A DNA stretch of 15,616 nucleotides from an uncultured Gammaproteobacteria bacterium (lineage in GTDB: Bacteria; Patescibacteriota; Patescibacteriia; Patescibacteriales; JAGXOH01), in assembly GCA_964644045.1 (NCBI GenBank), contig CAZXUK010000006.1, forward strand, positions 42,659 to 58,274, written 5' to 3'. The notes under the pieces were generated by a model. It was not told the origin of the DNA. It saw only the letters and a program-made list of their open reading frames with translations, and made no database searches. Position 1 is the stretch's first letter. Every line of letters begins with the position of its first letter. Shown here piece after piece: positions 1 through 7,510 of this stretch. A program made the position numbers and the translations under genes.

Positions 1-195
1 CCAAGGGGGAGAGTAAGAGGGGGTTGGATCTTTTTTTCCAAAATTTCTCCCCCTTCCCAAGGGGGAGATTAAGAGGGGGTTGGATCTTTTTTTCCAAAAT
101 TTCTCCCCCTTTCCAAGGGGGAGATTAAGAGGGGGTTGGATCTTTTTTTCCAAAATTTCTCCCCCTTCCCAAGGGGGAGATTAAGAGGGGGTTTT
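1..195. repeat. Tandem direct repeat, 56-bp unit, about 3.5 copies, running to the window edge. Each unit contains the perfect inverted repeat tctccccctt-ccc-aagggggaga.
   Basis: Units start at 1, 57, 113 and 169 and are near-identical (two substitutions between copies 1 and 2). The palindrome at 46-68 recurs in every unit. The fourth copy diverges after about 195. Confidence 0.85.
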
Positions 196-216
196 GAAAG
201 TTTTTTAATTTTATTC

Positions 217-1563
217 TTAATAATCCTCGCCCCATTTCATTATCCCGGGTATTTCTTCTATTAATTCTGAAGCGCTGTAATAATAAGATTTTTTTTCTTG
301 CAATCTATCCCCGGCCAAGCCGTTGATAAAGGCGCCGGCGCAGGCTGATAAAAAGAGCTCGTTTCGGCTCGCCAGGGCTGTTATTAGCCCGGCCAAGACA
401 TCTCCTGTTCCGCCTTTGGTCATTCCGGGGTTTCCGGTTTCATTGATTTTTAACTCCTCGCCGCTTGAGACAATATCTTCCTCCCCTTTTAGTAGAATGG
501 TGCAATTGTATTTTTGCGCCATTTTTTTAACATTGCTCCGGTCGGGCTTTACTCCGAATAGCTTTTGGAATTCTCCGGCATGGGGAGTGACTAAGCATTG
601 GGAGTTTAATAAACTTTTATTTATTATTTTCAAGGCATCGGCATCCAAAATTATTTTTTTGTTTTTGTTTTTTGCAATCAGGTCATTTACTTCCTTTTTT
701 GTTTTTTCGCTCACGCCCAATCCCGGTCCTACCAAGACCGCGTCCGCCTTTTTAAGATATTTCGGAATTTCTTTCCCCGGTATGGCTATAAATTCGGCTA
801 ATCGGGATTTGAGTTCTTTAATTAGTTGTAAATTTTCCGGAGTGGAAGATATAAAGACCAAGTCAGCTATTTTGCCGGCTGTTTTAGAGGCCAAAAGCAG
901 GGCTCCGTGGTATTTTTCATTTCCGGCCAAGATAAAAATTTGTCCGTTTTTGCCTTTGTGGGAACCTTTGCTCGGGCGATTCAGAATTTTAATTTCGCCC
1001 ACTCCGATTTTTTCTTTCAACCATTTGGGGTAGCCGATATCCACAGTGATCGCCCGGGGATCCTTTGGGGTCATTAAAGAAATTATTAAGTCCGGATTAA
1101 AGCCCGGGACAGGCAAATCTATCGAAACTTTTCGGCTCTTTAATTGGTTGATTTTTTTAAGCCAGGAATTGTAGGGTTTTCGCAGTTTTCCGGTAATACC
1201 GGCACCGAATAAACATTCCACTATTACATCAAAATCATTATCTATGTTTTGAGGTGAGATATCTGAATATTTTTCTCCGGTGAATTTTTTCCAATTTTTT
1301 TGAGTGAGTTCGGATTTAGCTTGTTCCGGCACCAAGAACACTACCGGCTTGTGTTCTTTTTGCAAGTAGCGGGCCGCCACTAAACCGTCACCGCCGTTAT
1401 TGCCGGGCCCGCAAATAAAAGCCACTTTTAGATTTCGGCCGAATTTTTCTTCCAGGGTTTTGGCAATACCCTTGCCGGCGTTTTCCATTAATTTTTCCAG
1501 AGGGTAGTCGTAATACAGGGCATTGTAATCATAAAGCTTGGTTTTTTGAACAGGAGTTATCAT
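217..1563 (-). CDS. nnr: Bifunctional NAD(P)H-hydrate repair enzyme Nnr (YjeF-N epimerase fused to YjeF-C ADP-dependent dehydratase)
   Basis: 448-aa ORF. The N-terminal half carries the GPGNNGGDG motif of YjeF-N. The C-terminal half carries GPGLG, HAGE and GTGDVLAG motifs typical of the carbohydrate-kinase-like NAD(P)HX dehydratase domain. Confidence 0.9.
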   Translation of the reverse strand: MITPVQKTKLYDYNALYYDYPLEKLMENAGKGIAKTLEEKFGRNLKVAFICGPGNNGGDGLVAARYLQKEHKPVVFLVPEQAKSELTQKNWKKFTGEKYSDISPQNIDNDFDVIVECLFGAGITGKLRKPYNSWLKKINQLKSRKVSIDLPVPGFNPDLIISLMTPKDPRAITVDIGYPKWLKEKIGVGEIKILNRPSKGSHKGKNGQIFILAGNEKYHGALLLASKTAGKIADLVFISSTPENLQLIKELKSRLAEFIAIPGKEIPKYLKKADAVLVGPGLGVSEKTKKEVNDLIAKNKNKKIILDADALKIINKSLLNSQCLVTPHAGEFQKLFGVKPDRSNVKKMAQKYNCTILLKGEEDIVSSGEELKINETGNPGMTKGGTGDVLAGLITALASRNELFLSACAGAFINGLAGDRLQEKKSYYYSASELIEEIPGIMKWGEDY

Positions 1564-1610
1564 GTTTTTAGTTTAATATATATTTTTATAATCCTCAAAT
1601 CGTGGTTAAA

Positions 1611-1646
1611 TGAAAAACGCCGAAAAATTTTAAATTTTTCGGCGTT
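1611..1646 (-). terminator. Rho-independent terminator downstream of purC
   Basis: Inverted repeat aacgccgaaaaat / atttttcggcgtt (1616-1628 / 1634-1646). Read on the minus strand it is followed by a T-run (plus-strand A-run 1613-1617). Confidence 0.7.
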
Positions 1647-1653
1647 GTTGTAA

Positions 1654-2562
1654 TCAAACCAGAATTTTGTAAATTTGGGTGTAGTTGTTTTTGGTCTCCT
1701 CGATGATCTTTTGAGGTAGAGCCGGAGGAGGCGGCTGTTTATTCCAGTCCAGAGATTGAAGATAGTCCCTCAGTCCCTGTTTGTCAAAGCTTCGTTGTGA
1801 GCTTCCTGGCAGATATTCCTCCTTGGGCCAGAAACGGGAAGAGTCCGGAGTCAGAACCTCGTCGATCAGTATAAGGTCGCCATTTTCGTCCCAGCCGAAT
1901 TCGAATTTGGTGTCAGCGATAATAATACCCTTTTTTTCCGCGATCTCCGCTCCTCGCTGATAAATAGCCAGGGATAATTCGCGTACCTTCTCGGCTGTTT
2001 TTCGGCCCACAATTTTTTCGGCCTCTTCAAAACTGATGTTTTCATCATGTTCGCCGTCCGGGGCCTTGGTGGAAGGAGTAAAAAGAGGTTCGGGCAATTT
2101 GTCTGACTCTCTGAGCCCTGCCGGCAATTCAACTCCGCAGACTGTCCCGTTTTTTTGGTAGGATTTCCAGCCGGAACCGGAGATATAGCCGCGAACAATG
2201 CATTCAATCGGCAAAGGCGTGGCTTTTTTTACCAATACGGCCCGGTGTCTGAGATTTTCAATCTGTTTTCGAGATTTGAGCGGGAAAGATTCCGGCATGG
2301 TGGCTATCAAGTGGTTGGGAACAATATCCTCCATTTCTCGAAACCACATATTGGAAATCTGGGTCAGAATTTTTCCCTTGTCCGGAATGGCTTCGGCCAT
2401 AACCACATCAAAGGCGGAGATACGATCCGAGGCCACCATCAGGAGTCCGTTTTCTTTTAGGTCATAAATATCTCTCACTTTTCCTTTTTTTACTAAATGT
2501 AAATTATCCAAATCCATTAGGATCTTTCCTTGCTCTGTTAAATTTAAATTTTTCAAATTCAT
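1654..2562 (-). CDS. purC: Phosphoribosylaminoimidazole-succinocarboxamide synthase (SAICAR synthetase), long form
   Basis: 302 aa. Contains KGKVRDIYD and [11 protein letters not shown] motifs characteristic of SAICAR synthetase. RBS aaagagg lies 8 nt upstream of the ATG on the minus strand. Confidence 0.93.
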   Translation of the reverse strand: MNLKNLNLTEQGKILMDLDNLHLVKKGKVRDIYDLKENGLLMVASDRISAFDVVMAEAIPDKGKILTQISNMWFREMEDIVPNHLIATMPESFPLKSRKQIENLRHRAVLVKKATPLPIECIVRGYISGSGWKSYQKNGTVCGVELPAGLRESDKLPEPLFTPSTKAPDGEHDENISFEEAEKIVGRKTAEKVRELSLAIYQRGAEIAEKKGIIIADTKFEFGWDENGDLILIDEVLTPDSSRFWPKEEYLPGSSQRSFDKQGLRDYLQSLDWNKQPPPPALPQKIIEETKNNYTQIYKILV

Positions 2563-2598
2563 TAAGAACCTCTTTACTTGATTTGGTATTGGAAATTT

Positions 2599-3096
2599 TT
2601 ACGGAAAAAAATCGGATTCGATTTTTTTATCTCCTTCTTTTTGTTCGCGATGATAATTTTTGAGATTGGCGTAAATTCGGTCATCGCGATAAACCAGGGC
2701 GACCAGCTCGGCAATGGTCAGAGCCGCGTTTTCCAAGGAGTGGCTCAAGCTGATTTGGTTTAAGCCGGTGGTAAGAATACCGGTTCCTTTGGGCAGGTCT
2801 TCAATGGCGCTTCTGGCTGCCTCGTCCGTGGGTATGCCGATTACCGGCAAGAATTTACCCGAGTTTTTCAAAATTGATTTGGCAATGTCCGGCGCTTGAA
2901 AAGACATTCCTCCCAGGAAGACGATTATCTCTTCTTTTAGGCTTTTTACAAACTCGGCAAATCCGTCCCCGGAGTGCCAATGGCAAGAGGCCACGGATGT
3001 TTGATAGTGAACTTCCAGCTCATTCCAGATTTCCGTGATTTTGATAGCCTTATCCTCATCTGTGGTACTGCCTAAAATCAGGCGAACTTGACTCAT
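2599..3096 (-). CDS. purE: PurE-family protein (AIR carboxylase / N5-CAIR mutase-like), divergent. The start is reassigned to the internal ATG that has a GGAGAG RBS.
   Basis: ILGSTTD near the N-terminus matches the PurE G-S-x-S-D loop. The overall PurE architecture is present (VIGIP, TGL, C-terminal helices). The ORF track starts 12 codons earlier (3132), but aaaaaaggagagaaa sits immediately upstream of the ATG at 3094-3096. The conserved SAHRTP and AAHLPG motifs are altered (SCHWHS, MSFQAPD). Confidence 0.65.
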   Translation of the reverse strand: MSQVRLILGSTTDEDKAIKITEIWNELEVHYQTSVASCHWHSGDGFAEFVKSLKEEIIVFLGGMSFQAPDIAKSILKNSGKFLPVIGIPTDEAARSAIEDLPKGTGILTTGLNQISLSHSLENAALTIAELVALVYRDDRIYANLKNYHREQKEGDKKIESDFFP

Positions 3097-3188
3097 TTTC
3101 TCTCCTTTTTTGCAGTTTAGGTTAAAAATCAAAGAACACTTAAAGCTATCTCCTTTTATTTTTTTATAGCCTTAATAATTACGCTGAC

Positions 3189-3215
3189 TTTATAATTTTT
3201 TAGCTAAAAAATCAA
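3189..3215 (-). promoter_or_regulatory. Candidate sigma70-type promoter for the purE-purC(-nnr) transcript
   Basis: Minus-strand TTGATT (plus 3210-3215), a 15-bp spacer, then TATAAA (plus 3190-3195), about 95 nt upstream of the purE start. Weak call. Confidence 0.3.
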
Positions 3216-3250
3216 GGGTTTGGAAATTTAGGAAAAAAAGGGGATTTCTC

Positions 3251-3279
3251 TTGACTTATTTTTGTTTTTATGGTATATT
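3251..3279 (+). promoter_or_regulatory. Sigma70-type promoter with extended -10 (TTGACT, 17 bp spacer, TGgTATATT)
   Basis: TTGACT at 3251-3256, 17-bp spacer, TG at 3271-3272, TATATT at 3274-3279. It precedes a roughly 100-nt leader before the 3382 ATG. Confidence 0.65.
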
Positions 3280-3381
3280 TATAAGATGCTTGATTGGGCA
3301 GTTTGGTTATCCAAGCTGTCCAGTCAGTATTGAAGAACTTTGAAAATTTAAATAAAAACAACAAATAAAGAGGAGGTAGCC

Positions 3382-4503
3382 ATGTTTGAAGCTTTTATCA
3401 ACACTTTTTTAGTAGTATTGGGATTAAATTTTTTTATTTTCGCCGTGGTAATAGGCGTAAATTGGGCATTTAAACACAGGCAGGCCGTTTATCTCGGCTT
3501 ATCAGCCATTTTTATCTCTTTGGTCGGTAGTATTATTTACCTGGGGTTTGTTTTTCATACCCAGGGATTTTGGCCAATTTGGTTTTTGGTTCTGGCCGCT
3601 CTGGTCGCCTTGATTTGGGGGATTTGGGAATATTTTTTTATTACCATTCCCGCCGACCCTCCTTCTGTCGGGGTAATGACAGTTTGGGGGGAGAGAAGGC
3701 TGATTTACGGCCAAGACAGTTATGGAGAGTGGAAGGCTATGGGGGTTTATTATGTCAAAGAGGGTTTACGTCTTCATGCTCCTTATTTTCCTTTTTTTCT
3801 CGGTTATATTGTGATTGATATAACCAAGAGGAACAGGGATATGAATCCAATGACCGTTTGGTGTAAACGGGAAGAGGAGTCTGATTCCGACCCTTCTCTT
3901 ATGGGTGCCCAGATGGCTGTATCTATTTCTTACACCTGGACCCCCGACCCTGATCGGCTGTATATGTTTTTACAGACCGGTGAAGACGAGGGAGTAGAAG
4001 AGATTATCCCGGATGTGATAGAGGAAGACGTCCGTGAGGTGGCCCAGGAAAATTATTGGGAAAAATTTCTTCCTCTTCACAAAGATTTGACTAAAAAAAT
4101 TATAAATCGTCTAACCGGAGAAAAGGAAGCTACGGCGATTATCAACGGCTCGAGTGACACCCAGGCAATGGGAATTTTAGTTTATCGTCTTAATGTCACT
4201 TCCATTAATCCGGTAGATGAAGAATTGAAAGAGTCAATTACCGCCTTTTCCCGGGAGAAAAGAGAGAGACACGCCGAGGTTTATGAAATGCAGACCGAAG
4301 CCCAGCAAGCCAATGTTCTTATGGAAGAGGCTCGCCAGGCCGGAAATCCCATTACCTTCGACCAGGCCTATGCCTTGTTAAAAAGGTATAAGCTGGCCAG
4401 AGAAGGGAAAATCAATGCTCGTCATTTTTCCTTTGAAGGACTGGACTCTTTAATCCCGGCATTAAAGAGTCTTGCAGGAGAAGGTAAAAAAATTATTAGT
4501 TAG
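3382..4503 (+). CDS. SPFH/band-7 (stomatin/prohibitin/HflK-like) membrane protein with about three N-terminal TM helices
   Basis: 373 aa. Strong RBS aaagaggagg. Hydrophobic N-terminal segments are followed by a GERR..GLRLHAPYFPF...ISYTWTPDPDRLYMF core resembling the SPFH domain, then a charged coiled-coil-like tail. Confidence 0.7.
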   Translation: MFEAFINTFLVVLGLNFFIFAVVIGVNWAFKHRQAVYLGLSAIFISLVGSIIYLGFVFHTQGFWPIWFLVLAALVALIWGIWEYFFITIPADPPSVGVMTVWGERRLIYGQDSYGEWKAMGVYYVKEGLRLHAPYFPFFLGYIVIDITKRNRDMNPMTVWCKREEESDSDPSLMGAQMAVSISYTWTPDPDRLYMFLQTGEDEGVEEIIPDVIEEDVREVAQENYWEKFLPLHKDLTKKIINRLTGEKEATAIINGSSDTQAMGILVYRLNVTSINPVDEELKESITAFSREKRERHAEVYEMQTEAQQANVLMEEARQAGNPITFDQAYALLKRYKLAREGKINARHFSFEGLDSLIPALKSLAGEGKKIIS

Positions 4504-4512
4504 GAGGCGAAA

Positions 4513-4956
4513 ATGGATGATAAAAAAACGGAAAAAGAGGATAAAAAGAGCGGAGCAATAAAAACCGTCTTTATCCTTTTGATTATTATCTTCCTAGTCT
4601 CTACTTTCTTTTTCTGTGCCAACAGTTTAACAGGAGAAGAAGAGACGAGGAAGACAAAATCGTCGGTGTCGGTGCCCCCCAAAACCAAGACAATCTCCAT
4701 TAATGAGGCCGGAGTATTCAATTTTGAGCTCCAGCCCTTGGAGAGTCTGGGGAATTGGTGGTATGTGGAGGAGGGCTTGAACTATTGTCTCTCTTCTGCC
4801 CGCAAAGATCATTCCTTTTTTGTGAAGTATAAAAGAGGTGATCTTGTTAAGATAGAGAAAGACAATGTCAGCCTCCCTGACAGAGCCGGTCCTTTTAAAT
4901 TAGTGGCCGGCGAACAGGAGGTAAAAATTACTCTGCTGGTAAGCAGAAGAACTTAA
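4513..4956 (+). CDS. Hypothetical single-pass membrane protein; possibly a short NfeD-like partner of the SPFH protein
   Basis: 147 aa. RBS taggagg lies 9 nt after the upstream stop. Lys/Glu-rich N-terminus, one TM helix (VFILLIIIFLVSTFFF), then a beta-rich C-terminal domain. The NfeD assignment rests on context and size only. Confidence 0.55.
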   Translation: MDDKKTEKEDKKSGAIKTVFILLIIIFLVSTFFFCANSLTGEEETRKTKSSVSVPPKTKTISINEAGVFNFELQPLESLGNWWYVEEGLNYCLSSARKDHSFFVKYKRGDLVKIEKDNVSLPDRAGPFKLVAGEQEVKITLLVSRRT

Positions 4957-4976
4957 ACTGCTTCCGGCTGGGTCTA

Positions 4977-5010
4977 AGGTGCGATTTTTCTAAAATCGCA
5001 CCTTTTTTTA
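4977..5010 (+). terminator. Rho-independent terminator
   Basis: Stem aggtgcgatttt / aaaatcgcacct with a 3-nt loop, then TTTTTTT at 5003-5009. Confidence 0.85.
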
Positions 5011-5022
5011 TTTTTTAAAATT

Positions 5023-5031
5023 TGCTATAAT
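5023..5031 (+). promoter_or_regulatory. Extended -10 promoter element TGcTATAAT
   Basis: TGCTATAAT at 5023-5031, about 28 nt upstream of the 5060 ATG. The same gctataataaaa 12-mer recurs at 5538-5549. Confidence 0.55.
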
Positions 5032-5059
5032 AAAATTAATCAATTTTAACTTAAAAGCT

Positions 5060-5449
5060 ATGAAAAAAATAGGTATTTTATTATTTTTGTTCGTTTTTTC
5101 TTTTTTTCTTTTCTCTCCTTGTTTGGCTCAGAGCTCTAAAGATACTGAAGGCGGAGGTCCTGACAGCGGAGTGACAGGAGAATTCCCCAATCCTTTGGGA
5201 GAAGGAGTAACAGAAAGCCCGGAGCTTTTGATCAAAAGAATTATTAATGGAATTTTGGGAGTAGTGGGCTCTTTGGCCTTGCTTATGTTTATCTACGGCG
5301 GTTTGGTCTGGATGACCGCGGCCGGAAACAATGAAAGAGTGGAGAAGGGGAAAAATATCTTGATTTGGGCCACTATCGGTTTGGTGGTTATTTTCGCATC
5401 TTATGCCATAGTTAGTTTCATTATCGAGAGTTTAACCGGAGGCGGTTAA
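5060..5449 (+). CDS. Small secreted two-TM protein resembling TrbC/VirB2-type pilin
   Basis: 129 aa. Signal peptide (cleavage predicted near CLA/QSS), a Gly/Pro-rich soluble stretch, then two hydrophobic helices separated by a short charged loop (AAGNNERVEKGKN), and a Gly-rich C-terminus. Confidence 0.45.
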   Translation: MKKIGILLFLFVFSFFLFSPCLAQSSKDTEGGGPDSGVTGEFPNPLGEGVTESPELLIKRIINGILGVVGSLALLMFIYGGLVWMTAAGNNERVEKGKNILIWATIGLVVIFASYAIVSFIIESLTGGG

Positions 5450-5466
5450 AAGACTATTTTTTTAAC

Positions 5467-5500
5467 AACCACCGACTTTTTAGAGTCGGTGGTTTTTTTA
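5467..5500 (+). terminator. Rho-independent terminator
   Basis: Stem aaccaccgact / agtcggtggtt with loop ttttag, followed by T-run 5493-5499. Confidence 0.85.
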
Positions 5501-5517
5501 TTGAAAAAATCAGTTAA

Positions 5518-5545
5518 TTGCGCGGGAGCTTTAAAATGCTATAAT
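5518..5545 (+). promoter_or_regulatory. Sigma70-type promoter: TTGCGC, 16 bp spacer, TGcTATAAT
   Basis: -35-like TTGCGC at 5518-5523. TG at 5537-5538 and TATAAT at 5540-5545. The leader to the 5570 ATG is short and lacks a Shine-Dalgarno site. Confidence 0.6.
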
Positions 5546-5569
5546 AAAAAATAATCAAATATTTTTTAT

Positions 5570-6589
5570 ATGGATCAAAAGTTAAAAAATTTCTTAAATG
5601 AGAGCGCTCGTAAAATAGACCCGATCCTTAAAGAGTTATTGCAATCTTATCTGGAAAAGAGATTTTATAAGCTAATTGGTCAGCAAATTTCTTCCGGAGG
5701 CAAAAGATTGCGTCCCGCCCTGGTTTTGGCCTCGGGCAAAATGATGGGAGCGCGGGAAAAGGATTTGCTTTATCCGGCCACGGGGGTGGAGATTTTGCAC
5801 AACAGCACCCTGATCACCGATGATATTATAGATAAAAGCGAAGTCAGGCGAGGCAGGCCTACGGTTTGGAAAAAATTCGGTCGTTCCGTGGCCGAATGCG
5901 TGGCCATGGATTATGCGGCCACGGTTTTTTTGGCCGCTAATCGATCACCTTATTCCCAAGAGATTACCGAGATCTATTCCCGTGCCTTTAAAACCATTTG
6001 GAGCGGGGAAATTCTGGATATTTTATTTGAGCAGAAAGGTAGGGAAGATGAGCCCTATATAATTAAGAATCGTTTTAAGAATGTTTCCTTGAATTCTTAT
6101 TATAAAATGGCGGGGAAAAAAACCGCTGTTTTGTTTCAGGGTTGTTGTGAAATCGGAGGGGTCTGCGCCCGGGCCGGGGAAAAAGATTTGCAAACCCTGA
6201 GTGAATATGGTTATAATCTGGGCATGGCTTTCCAAATTCGCGATGATATTTTGGATATATTCGGGGAGGAGAAGGATTTTGGCAAAAAAATAGGCAAGGA
6301 CATAAAAGAAAGAAAATTGGGCAATATCGTGATTTTTTATGCTTTGAAAAATTTATCTCCTGCTGACAGAAAGAAGATTTTTCGAATTTTGGAAAAGAAG
6401 GAGATCGGAGAAAGAGAGATAAAAGAGGGGATTGCTTTAATTAAAAAAACCCCGGCTCATGATCAGGCCTTTGCTTTGGGTAAAAAATATATAACAAAAG
6501 CCAAAAATAATTTAGAAAAATTGCCTCAAAATAATTGGAATAAGATATTATTGTCTCTAACTGATTTTGTAATAGAAAGAGAAAAATAA
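5570..6589 (+). CDS. Trans-polyprenyl diphosphate synthase (IspA/IdsA family; chain length C20 or longer likely)
   Basis: 339 aa. Contains GGKRLRP, a first Asp-rich motif DDIID followed by xxxRRGRPT (short 4-residue form), and a second Asp-rich motif FQIRDDILD. Residues at -4/-5 before the first motif are small (S, T). Confidence 0.9.
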   Translation: MDQKLKNFLNESARKIDPILKELLQSYLEKRFYKLIGQQISSGGKRLRPALVLASGKMMGAREKDLLYPATGVEILHNSTLITDDIIDKSEVRRGRPTVWKKFGRSVAECVAMDYAATVFLAANRSPYSQEITEIYSRAFKTIWSGEILDILFEQKGREDEPYIIKNRFKNVSLNSYYKMAGKKTAVLFQGCCEIGGVCARAGEKDLQTLSEYGYNLGMAFQIRDDILDIFGEEKDFGKKIGKDIKERKLGNIVIFYALKNLSPADRKKIFRILEKKEIGEREIKEGIALIKKTPAHDQAFALGKKYITKAKNNLEKLPQNNWNKILLSLTDFVIEREK

Positions 6590-6615
6590 TTTTAAATTTA
6601 GTTATCTCCAAGAAT

Positions 6616-7473
6616 ATGAAAAAAAATATAGATTTATATAAAAAAGAAACAGGAAAATTCCTTGCTTTTTTAGAGGAGGAGATAAAAAAGACAGGGATGG
6701 AGGAAGAATTTTTTGCCTCTTCCCGTCGGATCCTGGAAAAAATATCCGCTTCCGTAACCTCTAAATGGCTTTCCGGCAGAAAATATTGTCGGACTTTTTT
6801 CTTGCAAGAAGCTTTCGGCTCTTTTTACCCCTCTTCCTATACCTCTGTTTCTTTATTTTTAGACGCTTTGGTTAATATTTCCGATGATCTTTGTGATGAA
6901 CCTTTAGAAAAAGAAGAGATCAGTTTGTATATGGCTGAATGCTTGAAGCTTTTGTCCTTACTTAATTCTTCTTCTCAGGCATCCCTACTACAGCCAGGTC
7001 TGGGCGTTTATTTTAGCAAATTATTATCCTTGGTTATGGCTGAGAATTTTTATAGGGAAAAAATTTCCCAAAGCGGGGGCTATAAGCAAATAGTTGAGGA
7101 TTCGTCTAAATTATTGTTAATTCGCGCTCAAGATATAGATGTCTTTACAGAAATTGCTTTACTTGATTTGGACTCACAAAAAGACCTTGATTTAATAAAG
7201 AAAATAGCCAGAATCTTTCGGGCCATAAATATTTTTAAAAAAGATATAAAAGACCTAGATTATGATCTTTCCCGCAATATCAAAACCATAGTCACCATAC
7301 TCCGAGATAAAGATATAGATTTTAAAAATTATACCCAGGATTTGTTAGAAATTTTAGAGACAAAAGTAAAAGAGTTGTCTGTTCCACAAAACAAAGACTT
7401 AGAGTCGCCTTTTCAAAATTTCCAGATAATGATAGAAAGAGAAAAAGAGGAGATTCTGGAAATGTTGGATTAA
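6616..7473 (+). CDS. Hypothetical helical protein with isoprenoid-synthase-like Asp-rich motifs (possible divergent squalene/phytoene-synthase-like or class I terpene-synthase-like enzyme)
   Basis: 285 aa, 26 bp downstream of the polyprenyl synthase with no promoter between them. ISDDLCDE at residues 88-95 and NIFKKDIKDLDYD at residues 205-217 resemble the two Asp-rich motifs of head-to-head trans-IPPS enzymes (xxDDxxD and NIxRDxxED). Confidence 0.5.
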   Translation: MKKNIDLYKKETGKFLAFLEEEIKKTGMEEEFFASSRRILEKISASVTSKWLSGRKYCRTFFLQEAFGSFYPSSYTSVSLFLDALVNISDDLCDEPLEKEEISLYMAECLKLLSLLNSSSQASLLQPGLGVYFSKLLSLVMAENFYREKISQSGGYKQIVEDSSKLLLIRAQDIDVFTEIALLDLDSQKDLDLIKKIARIFRAINIFKKDIKDLDYDLSRNIKTIVTILRDKDIDFKNYTQDLLEILETKVKELSVPQNKDLESPFQNFQIMIEREKEEILEMLD

Positions 7474-7510
7474 TTTTTTAAACAATTTTTTAGCAGTTGT
7501 TTTTTATTTT

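Noticed and set aside
1-195. Possible CRISPR array
   Set aside because: The entire 56-bp unit, including what would be the spacer, is repeated nearly identically. There are no variable spacers, so this is a tandem repeat and not a CRISPR array.
323-1033. 236-aa ORF on the plus strand
   Set aside because: It lies entirely antisense within the well-supported nnr gene. Its composition is low-complexity, it has no RBS, and it is likely a spurious frame.
1866-2467. Three ORFs (113 aa on the minus strand, 101 and 89 aa on the plus strand) overlapping purC
   Set aside because: They are embedded in or antisense to the purC coding region, which has clear SAICAR synthetase motifs. They show no independent start signals.
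3097-3132. 12-codon N-terminal extension of the purE-like ORF (MIFNLNCKKGEK)
   Set aside because: The internal ATG at 3094-3096 is preceded by a good GGAGAG RBS, and the PurE homology begins right there. The upstream ATG has no RBS.
3133-3250. Purine or ZTP riboswitch upstream of purE
   Set aside because: The minus-strand leader lacks the conserved purine-aptamer or ZTP motif blocks. It is AT-rich with no recognisable aptamer.
3133-3381. Replication origin at the divergent strand switch
   Set aside because: No cluster of DnaA boxes was found (only one 7/9 match, ttatccaag). Only three genes lie on the minus side, which is insufficient evidence.
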